64,000 nt of DNA from NCBI GenBank assembly GCA_041640635.1, contig JBEPZX010000001.1, positions 32,001-96,000 of the forward strand. Direction: 5' to 3'. Below are positions 10,701-20,085 of this stretch, piece after piece; within the stretch, counting starts at the first letter, position 1, and the number at the start of each line of letters is the position of its first letter. Under the pieces are notes generated by a model. That model did not search any database and was not told the origin of the DNA. It saw only the letters and a program-made list of their open reading frames with translations. The stretch is from Aquificaceae bacterium (lineage in GTDB: Bacteria; Aquificota; Aquificia; Aquificales; Aquificaceae). The translations under genes and the position numbers were made by a program.

Positions 10701-10785
10701 TTTTGAGAGAATACAGTCCTAAAAAGATAAAAGATAGCATTAGCATCCAAGTTGTTACAGGTCTGCGAATAAAAAAGTTGTGCAT
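7771..10785 (-). CDS. RND efflux transporter permease (AcrB/AcrD/AcrF family)
   Basis: 1004 aa; FIRRPV start, GIVIDDAIVVLE, RLRPILMTT. Confidence 0.95.
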   Translation of the reverse strand: MHNFFIRRPVTTWMLMLSFIFLGLYSLKKVPIDRLPNIEFPIVSVNTTYKGADAYVVDVNVTQKIENALSNISGVEYITSQSYAGTSNVTVVFSLDKDIEVAAQEVRDAVQRAYRSMPIGVDAPIVRKVDTSGAPIMAILLHSKTADYQTIAYYADKLIKRDFEKVNGVGGISLAGFRDNVLWVRIDSDKLYSYGLTPMDVAEAVGKNHLEAPAGIIYGKDREYIIRLIGKVRDPKELENTYIHNGIKIGDVAKVYFGEDEKRGMSRFMGEQAVALIVYKQATANTIQVVDEIKRRIEYWNEILPQGMRLDVTLDTSIFIKDSVKAAQEEIIIGSLLTALVVYFFLGSLRLTFVPVFAIPVALLGTVFFIYITGSSLNTMTLLAMAVAVGIVIDDAIVVLESIYRRREEGLPPLEAGETGTKIVIFALLASTASLIIVFFPVIFLRGVLGSLLGAFALTLIIAIAISYVVAISFTPMAVSRLVEKTHKNPFMKFYEKFESLFDRALTFALNHKKLVIFVSFVSLVIGFQLFKITKKEFFPIIDEGRFLVRFETPTGSSFEFTEEKAKQIEEIIRKNPYVDRFGMALGQGVAGRADVNGGLSFVYLKSGNRPHQAQIMDMLRKEFAKLRDVRVSVEGAPIVFGAGRQVDLQYVIKGPDINQLQQISDNLVSYLKSSGGYRDINTDLRLNEPQIKVEIDRAKLGDLGISVEQVANTLQILFGKFKVATYELGSESYDVYVKADENFVKNWENLNKIYVRSSAGKLVPLTDIVDYEITQGYKVINRYNRQYSFTLFANLSGKDLATAISEIEDWLSKNSPPGYTFEKSGQAREFAKAFQGFGFAIIVALVGVYMVLASLFESFRHPFTVLLMVPLAVAGTFGLLYFSGTSLSVPTYFGIILLIGIIVRDAVLFIERIIQLRKEGWETRPAIMQARKERLRPILMTTLTIISALIPVALGLTAGSEFRKPLAIAVIGGILTGLPLSLFLLPVVYELLDSIKFRKLKRT

Positions 10786-10789
10786 GAAG

Positions 10790-10829
10790 GAAATTATAAC
10801 AGACTGACTGGTTGGTATGTTATAATTTC
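10790..10829. promoter_or_regulatory. Palindromic divergent promoter with central putative TetR operator
   Basis: Perfect 12-bp inverted repeat GAAATTATAACA (10790-10801) / TGTTATAATTTC (10818-10829). Each arm carries TGnTATAAT on opposite strands, around a 16-bp imperfect palindrome GACTGACTGGTTGGTA. Confidence 0.75.
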
Positions 10830-10836
10830 ACTTATC

Positions 10837-11883
10837 ATGGTTTACCTTCTCGTTTTTTTACTCAGCTTTGTAGTAGCTTGTTCAAAAAAAGATGCAGAAA
10901 AATTACCAACTCAGCAAAGAGAAATTGTTGTTTCTCTCTACGAAGTTAAGCAAGGAGAGATAGATAATACCTACTCAACTAAAGCTTCCTTTGAGGCCGT
11001 AAAAGATGTTCTCCTAAAGCCCGAAGTTTCTGGAAGAGTTTTGAGGGTAAATGTAGAAGAAGGAGATTTTGTAAAAGCGGGGCAGGTAATAATTACAGTA
11101 GACAGTAGCGACTTTCAAAACACACTAAATCAATTAAATTCACAACTCCTTCAACTAAAAGCCAATTACGAAAATCAGAAAGCCATTGTGGAAAGAAGAA
11201 AGGACCTATTTGAAAGGGACCTTATAGCCAGAGAGGACTACGAAAATGCAAAAACCCAACTCAGAGTTTATCAAGAAATGATAAATAGCTTACAAGCCCA
11301 GATAGAGAATGTAAAGCTAAACTTAAGAAGGACTACTTTGGTTGCTCCATACAGTGGATATATAGCCCAAAAGATGGTAAACGTGGGAGATTACGTAACC
11401 CCAAGCACGCAAACGGTTAGGTTGGTTACTTTAGATCCAATAAGGCTTGTGTTTCAAGTTCCACAAGAGATGCTTCCATTCGTAAAGAATGGATCCACAG
11501 TAAAGGCTTACGTGGAAGGCTTTGGAGAAGTCCAAGGAAGAGTTTACTTTGTATCCCCTGTAGCTGACCAAAATAGGTTGATAACGTGTAAAGCTCAAGT
11601 TTCAAACCCAAAGGGTGAGTTAAAACCTGGTATATATGCCCAGGTTTATCTAACAACAGGTAAGGAATTAGCTTTCAAAGTGCCAGAAAGTTCCGTTGTT
11701 TTGTTGGGAACAAAAAAGGTCCTTTGGAAGATAGAAAACTCTGTAGCAAAATCAGTTCCTGTTGAAATTATTAAGCAAGAAGAGGGTTTTGTATGGGTAA
11801 AGGGTAATTTAAGAGATGGGGACAAAGTAGCTTTGGATAATGCTCAATCTCTCAATGAAGGCTCAAAGGTGGTAGTAAGATGA
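10837..11883 (+). CDS. RND efflux periplasmic adaptor (membrane fusion lipoprotein)
   Basis: Lipobox VVAC, lipoyl-like halves (PEVSGRV...VEEGDFVKAGQ; APYSGYI) and a coiled coil. Start moved from 10780 to ATG 10837. Confidence 0.9.
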   Translation: MVYLLVFLLSFVVACSKKDAEKLPTQQREIVVSLYEVKQGEIDNTYSTKASFEAVKDVLLKPEVSGRVLRVNVEEGDFVKAGQVIITVDSSDFQNTLNQLNSQLLQLKANYENQKAIVERRKDLFERDLIAREDYENAKTQLRVYQEMINSLQAQIENVKLNLRRTTLVAPYSGYIAQKMVNVGDYVTPSTQTVRLVTLDPIRLVFQVPQEMLPFVKNGSTVKAYVEGFGEVQGRVYFVSPVADQNRLITCKAQVSNPKGELKPGIYAQVYLTTGKELAFKVPESSVVLLGTKKVLWKIENSVAKSVPVEIIKQEEGFVWVKGNLRDGDKVALDNAQSLNEGSKVVVR

Positions 11884-13103
11884 TACTTTTGTTTTTGTTT
11901 CTTCTTTTAATGGGTTCTTCTTTTGGTTTAACCTTAGAACAGGCGTTACAAATAGCGAGGTCAAACGCTACAAAGGCTAGATTGTCTTTACTGGATATTC
12001 AAAAAGCTCAGGAGCAAATAAGACAGGCAAGAGCTGGTATACTACCTAACGTAAGTTTTAATTACTCTTACACTCACCTTGACAAAGATTTGGCTCTAGG
12101 CTTCACACCACAAAACAGACACAGTTATAGCCTAGATATTAACCAGGCAATCTTTAACTTAAGCACAATTAGAGCAATGGATGTGGCAAGGGAAAATCTG
12201 GAGCTTCAAAAATTTGTTTACGAAGATATTCTAAGGGAAATAGAGTATCAGGCAGAAGTTCTTTTTTATGGTCTCTTGTATAAGAAAAAGTTAATAGAGG
12301 TATACCAAGAAAACCTTCAATACTGGGAAGAAAACTACAAACTGGTGCAAGAAAAGTATAAAGCCGGTATTTCACCTAAGGTGGAGCTCTTGAGAAGTCA
12401 AGCCCAGTTTGAAAATGCCAAAGCTCAACTTGAGTCAGCAAAAATAGACTATGCAAATGCCTTAGAAAACTTTAAAGCCTTTCTTAAGATGGAAGAGCTA
12501 AAGGATGTGGAAGGTGAGCTTGATTACAAACCTTATATGGTACAGGTGGACTTTAGAGGTTTGCTTTTAAACAACAACACAACGTTGAAGGTTTCTAAAA
12601 AGCTTGTCGAATTTCAAGACAAAAAGGCTCAACAAGCAAAAGCTCAGTATTACCCGAACGTAAACGCTTTTGCAAGATACCAAGGTAACACAGCAAAAAT
12701 AGGTGGTTCAGAAAAAATGATCGATGGATACTCTTTGGGTATCTCTTTAAATTACAACATCTTTGACGGTTTCGCTAGAGAATCTGTCATAGCTCAATCT
12801 AACTTGGATGTTCTAAAGCAAAAAGAACAATTTCTAGATACTCAAACTAACCTTTTAGCTCAGTTGACTACCACGTTAAATGCCTTAAGGTCTTTGCAAG
12901 CTCAAATAGATGCTTTAAAGGTGTCTTTAGAGGCTGCAAAGGAAGCTCTTAAACTTTCTAAGGAAAGATACAGACTAGGCATTGCCACGCAGCTGGAAGT
13001 GCTAGAAGCCACAAACAATTACAACAACACCATACTAAACTTGTATTATCTTTATTACCAACACAACTCCAATTTAGCCTTACTTGGTAGGCTTACGAGA
13101 TGA
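11880..13103 (+). CDS. TolC-family outer membrane efflux protein
   Basis: Signal peptide, LTLEQAL start, two OEP repeats, YRLGIATQLEVLEA. Confidence 0.9.
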   Translation: MILLFLFLLLMGSSFGLTLEQALQIARSNATKARLSLLDIQKAQEQIRQARAGILPNVSFNYSYTHLDKDLALGFTPQNRHSYSLDINQAIFNLSTIRAMDVARENLELQKFVYEDILREIEYQAEVLFYGLLYKKKLIEVYQENLQYWEENYKLVQEKYKAGISPKVELLRSQAQFENAKAQLESAKIDYANALENFKAFLKMEELKDVEGELDYKPYMVQVDFRGLLLNNNTTLKVSKKLVEFQDKKAQQAKAQYYPNVNAFARYQGNTAKIGGSEKMIDGYSLGISLNYNIFDGFARESVIAQSNLDVLKQKEQFLDTQTNLLAQLTTTLNALRSLQAQIDALKVSLEAAKEALKLSKERYRLGIATQLEVLEATNNYNNTILNLYYLYYQHNSNLALLGRLTR

Positions 13104-13675
13104 CAGCAAAGGAAAAACTTTTGGAATCTGCCAAGGAGCTTTTTTCAAAAAAGGGTTACCACGAAACTGCCGTAGATGAAATAGTAGAAAAGGCAGGTCT
13201 ATCAAAAGGAGCCTTCTATTTTTACTTTAAAAGAAAAGAAGATATACTGAAAGAGCTTGTTCAAATTATGTCCGAGAGTATGATTAAAAACTTGCAAGAA
13301 CATGTAAATACACAGAGAAGCGTAGAAGAAATTCTGCTAAGCTGTGTTTCTGATTTTTTTGAAATGTTTTACAAAGATAGGGAAATTGCATATATATTCT
13401 TTTTTGAGCTTCTAAGAACTAGCGATGAATTTAGGGAATTTCATCTTCAAAAAACTAGAAGGGTAAAAGAAATACTGTCTTCTCTTATAGAAAGGGGTAT
13501 AAAAAGTGGGGAAATCAAGTATGAGCAGGTAGACGTTGTTGTCTCTTTACTTATAGGGTTTGTTAGATTTTTGTATCTAGAGAAAATATTCACAGATGGT
13601 CTCACTTTGCAAGAGGTGACTCAATTGGCAAAAGAAGGTGTAAAGATAGTAATGCGAGGTGTGAAATGTGGGTAG
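13100..13675 (+). CDS. TetR/AcrR family transcriptional regulator
   Basis: N-terminal HTH: AKELFSKKGYHETAVDEIVEKAGLSKGAFYFYFKRKE. Confidence 0.95.
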   Translation: MTAKEKLLESAKELFSKKGYHETAVDEIVEKAGLSKGAFYFYFKRKEDILKELVQIMSESMIKNLQEHVNTQRSVEEILLSCVSDFFEMFYKDREIAYIFFFELLRTSDEFREFHLQKTRRVKEILSSLIERGIKSGEIKYEQVDVVVSLLIGFVRFLYLEKIFTDGLTLQEVTQLAKEGVKIVMRGVKCG

Positions 13676-14913
13676 TTCTTTTCCTTTTAGCTTTCAAATT
13701 ATCCTTTGCCATCAGTCTTGAAGAAGCTCTAAAATTGGCAAAGGAAAACAATAAAGAGATTCAATCCCAAAGGTTTTTGGTAAACAGAGCCAAGTATGAT
13801 TTGGAGGCTGATAAAAACCTTTACTTTCCAGAGTTTTACGTAACTTATAAGTATTCTCATCAAACGCAAACACAAAAGATAAATCTTCCTCTCGGCTTTG
13901 GAACTTTTTCATCTTCTCAAAAGGACTACCAAAACTTTAGTATAGGGGCAAGGCTCAACCTTTTTGATGGTGGTGCAAGATCTGCAAAGGTGGATATTTC
14001 AAGAAAGCAAATAGATATAGAACTTAGCTTGCTAAAGGAAAAAGAAGAAGACGTTCTTTTGGATGTTATAGATGCTTACTTGGATGTTTTAAGTGCTAAA
14101 GCTTTGGTAGAGGTATACAAAAGGCAGGAGGAGGCTGTAAGATTTGCAAGAGATAGAGCAAAGGCTTTTTATGAACAAGGTTTGGTAGCTATAACCGATG
14201 TTTTGCAAGCTCAGGTAAGACTCTCAGAAGTCCAAAGGGATGTTATAAAGGCACAAGGTTTGTATAATGTAGCCCTCTCTAGATTATCTCAGCTAATAGG
14301 TATAAACGTAGATAAGATAGAGCCTATAAATGTAGATCCGCAAATTGAGGAACTTGAGTTCTATACAAGGCAAGCTATTTCCAACAGAGATATTCTGAAG
14401 GTTTACAGATACAAAGTGCAACAAATAAAAAACCTTCAGGAAATAGATAAATCCAATTTTTTACCTAAGGTATTTTTGCAAGGTGAGTATGTATACACAG
14501 ACCAAAATCCCACAATAAAACCAAAAGGCTTTGGAATAATTTCTATAGGCTTTACTTTAAACTTTCAGGGACTTGAGAGCTATTATAGAAGACTAAGCCA
14601 CACAGAAGAGGAGAAAAAGCTAACAACGGACCTTTTGGATATACAGGACAAGATAAAACTCAACATGGAAAAATTTTACCAAGACCTTATAACATCAAAA
14701 GAAGAACTAAAGGTTGCACAGGATGCATTAAATTTTGCTCAGCAGTTTTATAAATTAGTGCAAGAGCAGTACGAGAACCAGATCGTTGGCATGCTAGAGC
14801 TTTTGGATGCACAAGCTAGTTTAACAAGAGCTCAAAAGAACAAAGAGTTAGCTTACTATGAGTATCTAAAGAACTACTACAGACTTTTGAGAGAGGGAGG
14901 CATGCTAAAGTGA
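13666..14913 (+). CDS. Second TolC-family outer membrane efflux protein
   Basis: Signal peptide, ISLEEAL, LFDGG, OEP repeats, ELLDAQ. Confidence 0.88.
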   Translation: MWVVLFLLAFKLSFAISLEEALKLAKENNKEIQSQRFLVNRAKYDLEADKNLYFPEFYVTYKYSHQTQTQKINLPLGFGTFSSSQKDYQNFSIGARLNLFDGGARSAKVDISRKQIDIELSLLKEKEEDVLLDVIDAYLDVLSAKALVEVYKRQEEAVRFARDRAKAFYEQGLVAITDVLQAQVRLSEVQRDVIKAQGLYNVALSRLSQLIGINVDKIEPINVDPQIEELEFYTRQAISNRDILKVYRYKVQQIKNLQEIDKSNFLPKVFLQGEYVYTDQNPTIKPKGFGIISIGFTLNFQGLESYYRRLSHTEEEKKLTTDLLDIQDKIKLNMEKFYQDLITSKEELKVAQDALNFAQQFYKLVQEQYENQIVGMLELLDAQASLTRAQKNKELAYYEYLKNYYRLLREGGMLK

Positions 14914-16046
14914 AGAGAAAACTTGGTCTAGCCTTCCTTATCCTTTTGGTGTTGATTTTTGTAGTACTTTCCTATAGATGGATAAAGGAAAGGAGAGATT
15001 ACGCTATTACAGATGCGGTATTTGTGAGATCCGAAGAAATGACAAACCTGAGTTTTCAGGTTTCTGGGAAAGTGATAAATCTCCAAAAGGATCTAGGAGA
15101 TGAGGTAAAAGCTGGAGAGATTTTGGCTAATTTGGATGACACAGATTACAGACTAAACCTAAAAAACATCTCTGCCCAACTGGAAAGCCTAAAAGCCCAG
15201 AGAGAAGCACTATCGATAGAACTAAATAGGTCGGAAAAGGAGACAAGTTTAAGCATACAAGCCGCAGATATTGCATCCCAAGAAATAACCCAAAGAGAGA
15301 AGGCTCTTTTGGCACAGTTGGAAGAGCTAAGAGCTAACAAGGAAAAAGCTTACAAAGATTTGGAGAGATTTGAAAGTCTTTATAAGAAAGGTTTAATACC
15401 CCTTGCCAAATACGAGGAAGTCAAACTTTACTATCAATCCTTAGAGGAAAAACACAAAGCGCTAAAAGCTAACTTAGAAGAAGTAAAGCTAGCCTACACA
15501 AAGTCCCTAAAGGAAGCGCAAAAGGTAAAGGTAAACACCCTTCAAGTGGAAAAACTAAAAAAGCAAGTGAGTTCTATGTCCAAGGAAATAGAAGCTTTGG
15601 AAGCCCAAAGGGAACTACTACATAAACAATTAGAGTATACACAGCTAAAAGCACCTTTTGATGGTGTTGTGGCAAGGCGATTCGTCAGCACTGGGGATAT
15701 GGTAAGAGCAGGACAGCCTATATATGCCATAATCAAAAAGGACAGCTTGTACCTTGAAGTTCTTTTGGAAGAGGACAAGTTAAGAGGCGTAGGCGTTGGA
15801 AGCAAAGTCATTTTTAGACCTGACGCCTTTAAAGGCATTGAGTTCACAGGCAAGGTAGTTCAAATCTCTCCTGCATCTGCAGCTACCTTTGCTTTGGTTC
15901 CTAGAGATGTATCAGCTGGGGAGTTTACAAAGGTGGTCCAAAGGATCCCTATCAAGGTAAAGTTAACCAAAGGACCTATCGACATTTTGCGTGTAGGAAT
16001 GGGCGGGAAGATAAAGATAGAAAGATTAAAAAATGAACCAAGATAA
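14910..16046 (+). CDS. EmrA/HlyD-family periplasmic adaptor
   Basis: TDAVFV, APFDGVV, FALVP...GEFTKVVQRIPIK (EmrA signature). Confidence 0.92.
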   Translation: MKRKLGLAFLILLVLIFVVLSYRWIKERRDYAITDAVFVRSEEMTNLSFQVSGKVINLQKDLGDEVKAGEILANLDDTDYRLNLKNISAQLESLKAQREALSIELNRSEKETSLSIQAADIASQEITQREKALLAQLEELRANKEKAYKDLERFESLYKKGLIPLAKYEEVKLYYQSLEEKHKALKANLEEVKLAYTKSLKEAQKVKVNTLQVEKLKKQVSSMSKEIEALEAQRELLHKQLEYTQLKAPFDGVVARRFVSTGDMVRAGQPIYAIIKKDSLYLEVLLEEDKLRGVGVGSKVIFRPDAFKGIEFTGKVVQISPASAATFALVPRDVSAGEFTKVVQRIPIKVKLTKGPIDILRVGMGGKIKIERLKNEPR

Positions 16047-17550
16047 ACCATTTTATGAACAAATAACCCCTACAGAAAGGGTGATCCTAACTATATCGCT
16101 CATGATAGGTGTCTTTATGGCTATACTGGATACCACCATAGTGGATATTGTAGTTCCCAAGATGATAGCACCGCTAAGCACTGATCTTTACGGTATCCAA
16201 TGGGTAATAACCTCTTACATGACAGCTTCAGCGTCCGCCATTTTGTTGGTAGAATGGATAGAGTCCAAGGTTGGACTGAAAAAAGTTTTTAACTTTGGTT
16301 TGTTTTTGTTTACCTTTTCTTCTTTTTTCTGTGGGCAAGCTTCGTCTTTGGAGTGGATGATAACCTTTAGAACACTCCAAGGAATAGGTGAAGCCTTGAT
16401 TGTGGTGTCTGCTGAAGCGCTACTCTTTAGTGCATACCCGCCTCAAAAGAGAGGTCTCGCCATGGGCATATACGGTATGGGGGTAAGCTTTGCTCCAGCA
16501 CTTGGACCAACATTAGGTGGATACATAACAGAACACATAGATTGGCGATGGGTATTTTACATAAACATCCCCATAGGTATATTTAACTTGGTTTTAAGTC
16601 TATTTTTTTTACCAGAGCATAGAGGAAAGGAAAGTTTCAGGCTTAACTTTCTGTCTTATGCATTTATATCCCTTTCTACGGTAAGTCTTTTGGTGGTTCT
16701 CTCGAGAGGACAAAAGGAAGGTTGGTTCTCCTCTGATTTTATACTTTATCTGGTTATAATTACCTTTCTGTCTTTTCTCTTTTTTCTTACTTCTGAGCTA
16801 GCTTCTAAAGAGCCTTTGGTAGATTTTTCCATTTTTAAAATAAAGGAATTTACTGTTGCTTTTTTAGTTTACTTTCTACTTTTGGGATTTTCCATGTACC
16901 AAGTTTTCTACCTCTTGCCCTTGTATTACGAGTACCTAAAGGGACTAACAACTTTCCAAGCTGGTCTGCACATACTTCCTTTAGCTTTGGCTATAGGGAT
17001 CTCTTCTCCAATAGCTGGAGTTATAAGCGACAAGAAGTCACCAATGCTCCCTATATATATAGCGGTGTTTCTCTATCTTTCTTCATCGCTTCTTATACTT
17101 CCAAAGTTTAATTTTTTTACTCCAGCCTTTGAGGCTTCTCTGAAACTGATAATACTGGGCATAGGTATGGGATTTTTCTTTGCACCTATCACCAACTTGG
17201 CTCTCAAAAACCTTGGAGAAAAGACCACACTTGGTGTGTCCTTGATGCATTACGTTAGATTTGTCGGAGGCTCCTTTGGAACGGCTTTGGCTACCAATGA
17301 CTTAAATAAGTTTGCGGCAGAAAGCTTTCAAAGAATCGGTGAGATGCAAAATTTTTCATTGGCTCAAAGCTTTGTAGAGGAAAATGGAGCGCTGCTTTTG
17401 TATCAAGTTCAACAGCTATATTCTTACTCATACGCCTTCGAAAAGACTTTTTTTGTAGCTGGACTGTGGGGACTGCTGGGTTCTATACCTATCTTTTATT
17501 TTTCAATTCGTAATCTGTACGTAAGATTAAACAAAAAGACTAAAAGGTGA
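16033..17550 (+). CDS. EmrB/QacA (DHA2) MFS efflux permease
   Basis: FMAILDTTIV, WVITSY, APALGPTLGGYI, WRWVFYINIPIG; about 14 TM segments. Confidence 0.93.
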   Translation: MNQDKPFYEQITPTERVILTISLMIGVFMAILDTTIVDIVVPKMIAPLSTDLYGIQWVITSYMTASASAILLVEWIESKVGLKKVFNFGLFLFTFSSFFCGQASSLEWMITFRTLQGIGEALIVVSAEALLFSAYPPQKRGLAMGIYGMGVSFAPALGPTLGGYITEHIDWRWVFYINIPIGIFNLVLSLFFLPEHRGKESFRLNFLSYAFISLSTVSLLVVLSRGQKEGWFSSDFILYLVIITFLSFLFFLTSELASKEPLVDFSIFKIKEFTVAFLVYFLLLGFSMYQVFYLLPLYYEYLKGLTTFQAGLHILPLALAIGISSPIAGVISDKKSPMLPIYIAVFLYLSSSLLILPKFNFFTPAFEASLKLIILGIGMGFFFAPITNLALKNLGEKTTLGVSLMHYVRFVGGSFGTALATNDLNKFAAESFQRIGEMQNFSLAQSFVEENGALLLYQVQQLYSYSYAFEKTFFVAGLWGLLGSIPIFYFSIRNLYVRLNKKTKR

Positions 17551-17554
17551 TTTT

Positions 17555-19591
17555 TTAAATTACAGAAACCTTTATGGGGTTTTCCTTTCTTATAACTCTG
17601 AGTAAATTCCCAAGATTTTTGGAAGTGGTTTTGCAAAACAGTTCCCAAGAGTTATCCTTTTCGTAAAGCCTAAAGTTGATACACAGAGCTTTTAGTTCTT
17701 CCAAAGCTAATTTCCCTTTTTTGGTGTACTTTGCCAAAACGATTTTTGCAAAAGGAGGAAGGTTTTCTTCTTGTCTTTCCTTTAGTTCTGACTCTAAAAA
17801 ATCAAAGGGATTTTTTTCTACCAAGCTTTGCAAAACTGGAAAGTCAGGTTGTAGCGTTTGAACTATCAATTTTTCTTTGGTAATGGACAGAGCTGTCCAA
17901 AGGTACTTAAAGTATCGTTCTTGGGAATCGAAGAAGGGAACATTTAATATGTTGTCTGCATTGATTACGACAGTATGGTGATAAGTTCGTGATAAATTGG
18001 GCTGTGGAGCATAATGTATGTGGTTTAGTTTACCCAACTTGGTTTCTACCTCTTCTATTACCTTTTCTATTCCAAATCCCCACGGCTCCAGTTTTACTTC
18101 ATGAATGGGACATAAAGCTTGTGAACGGTAACCACATTTGCAAAAAACTTCCTCTTGACTAGCTGTTAGTGTGAGTAAGCTCGAGCAGTTAGGGCAAAAT
18201 AGCAAGTCTTGGCAAGAAGGACAAAAAGCGTAAGCGTAACCTAACTTATTAACAAGCACCAAGGTTTCCTTTGAGGTGTCTTTTAAAATCTCTAAAACTT
18301 GTGAGGTTATTATTTCCCTTGGTTTCCTTTGTATCAGAACCACCTTAGCTGGGTAATCGAGTACTTCTTTATCAAGAATTCCATCCTTTATAGCTCTGTA
18401 TGTGTGCGTATCTGGAGAAGGTGTAAATAAAACAAATTTGGCTCCAAGGTATTTGGACAAAGTGTAAAAATAGTTTCTTAAATCTACTCCGTTGTATAGT
18501 TTAGCTTCAAATTCGTCAAAAACGATTACAGTTTCTACATCCTTTATTGGTGTTAGTGCTACTAAATTAGTACCTATTACTATTCTGGGTTCTTCGAAGC
18601 TTAAGAACCAAGCTTTTACCAAGCTTTTTGGACTTTCCTTAGATGAAATAAATATAACTTTATCTCCAAAAGTATCTGTAAGTATACTTTCTAAGCTTGC
18701 CAAATTAGAAAGACTAGAAACAAAAATAAGAGAACTTTTCCTCCTTTGTAGGGAAAGCTCTAGTAACTCTAAGAGCCTTCTTATTAGGTCGTCTCTGTAT
18801 CCCAAAATTATGCTGGACTTTTGTAAAGCTTTGATTAAGTTTGGTTTTTCTTGATTTACAGTATAAGGGATATTTTTTATCCCGTAAACGTATTCCTTTT
18901 CTTTTTGAATAACACCTACTTTTGCTAAATCTTTTATATCCTTTGTTTTAAAGCCCTCGGACTTTAATTCATCTGTTGTGCAGTACAATCTCTCGCTTAT
19001 GTAATTTATAAGAGCCAATTTTTCCTCTTTGTTTTTGAACTTTTTAATCCTCTCTATGGCTTCTGCATAAGATACACCTAATTTTAGAATTTCCACTTCT
19101 AGTTTTGGCATATCCCATTTATAAAAGCTCTCTAAAAATCCCTTTTTCTTTAGTATTTCCACTTTTTCTTTTCCAAAATGCTTTTTTAGCAGCTCTTCTT
19201 TTAACTCCTTTCTCCTTTGGACATACAAAAGCACTTCTAAACTTTGTTTGTCTAGCGTTTTGTCGAGATGTCTTGAAAGTCTTATGAATTTTTCCTTTTT
19301 CCACTGAAAAGCTTTGGGTAACAAATCAAATAGGAAGTTCCATGGAAGTAAACCGTAAAAGTTAGAAATGTCCAGAACCGTTTTTATGTGTTGTGGTGTG
19401 GTTATGGGATATTTATCTAAGAATTCTACGTTATTTGCACTTGCGTCTTTTTCTGAAATTCCAACAACTATGCCTGTAGTTTGCCTGTGTTCTGCAGATA
19501 CCAAAACTCTATAACCTATAGGATTTTCTATTTGTGAAATGTAAGGAGCTATCAGAACTCTACCATTTGGGAGAGCTACCTTTAGATTCAT
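17555..19591 (-). CDS. priA: Primosomal protein N' (PriA)-like, helicase motifs degenerate
   Basis: Cys-rich region (CPSC..CPNC..CKCG..CPIH) followed by GFGIEKV, IVQT and a C-terminal 'ER....LPPF' motif. Confidence 0.75.
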   Translation of the reverse strand: MNLKVALPNGRVLIAPYISQIENPIGYRVLVSAEHRQTTGIVVGISEKDASANNVEFLDKYPITTPQHIKTVLDISNFYGLLPWNFLFDLLPKAFQWKKEKFIRLSRHLDKTLDKQSLEVLLYVQRRKELKEELLKKHFGKEKVEILKKKGFLESFYKWDMPKLEVEILKLGVSYAEAIERIKKFKNKEEKLALINYISERLYCTTDELKSEGFKTKDIKDLAKVGVIQKEKEYVYGIKNIPYTVNQEKPNLIKALQKSSIILGYRDDLIRRLLELLELSLQRRKSSLIFVSSLSNLASLESILTDTFGDKVIFISSKESPKSLVKAWFLSFEEPRIVIGTNLVALTPIKDVETVIVFDEFEAKLYNGVDLRNYFYTLSKYLGAKFVLFTPSPDTHTYRAIKDGILDKEVLDYPAKVVLIQRKPREIITSQVLEILKDTSKETLVLVNKLGYAYAFCPSCQDLLFCPNCSSLLTLTASQEEVFCKCGYRSQALCPIHEVKLEPWGFGIEKVIEEVETKLGKLNHIHYAPQPNLSRTYHHTVVINADNILNVPFFDSQERYFKYLWTALSITKEKLIVQTLQPDFPVLQSLVEKNPFDFLESELKERQEENLPPFAKIVLAKYTKKGKLALEELKALCINFRLYEKDNSWELFCKTTSKNLGNLLRVIRKENPIKVSVI

Positions 19592-20085
19592 TCACCGTAG
19601 TATTCAGCTTTTGAAGTGGCGGTTTCCCAAAGTACTACTTTAACAACTTTTACATCTCCTAAAATCTTAGCTTCCTTGAGTTTGGTTTCCAGGAACTCAT
19701 AGAAAAATTTAGCCAAAGCTTCAGCGGTAGGACAAAAGTTTACCGGGAATATCTTAAGTGCACCGTATTTTTCTGCAGTAGTTTTTAGGTCTTCATACAT
19801 AGGGTCATGTGTATCTATTATGAAGCTATGGTCGATAGTATCTATTAAATCTTTTAAAGCGTTTTTGACATGATAGAAGTCGATTACCATATCCTGCTCA
19901 CTTAGTGTATCCGAGCCCAAAACCACCTCAAGCACGTAGCTGTGTCCATGAAGGTTAACACACTTATTCACAGGCACTTCACGTATGGAAAACTGGGAGC
20001 CTCTTCCCATGGTCAGGTTTTGCTTCCAAACTCTGTGCCCCGCTTCGAACCTAAAGGTCTTGCTTATCTGCCACTTCATCACCAC
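19588..20085 (-). CDS. queD: 6-carboxy-5,6,7,8-tetrahydropterin synthase
   Basis: FEAGH...CVNLHGHSY, IDF, DH, PTAE and WET motifs. Start could be ATG at 20079. Confidence 0.9.
   Translation of the reverse strand: MVMKWQISKTFRFEAGHRVWKQNLTMGRGSQFSIREVPVNKCVNLHGHSYVLEVVLGSDTLSEQDMVIDFYHVKNALKDLIDTIDHSFIIDTHDPMYEDLKTTAEKYGALKIFPVNFCPTAEALAKFFYEFLETKLKEAKILGDVKVVKVVLWETATSKAEYYGE

Noticed and set aside
10780..10836. ORF-track N-terminal extension of the RND adaptor overlapping the permease start
   Set aside because: The region is better explained as the palindromic promoter; the signal peptide and lipobox begin at ATG 10837.
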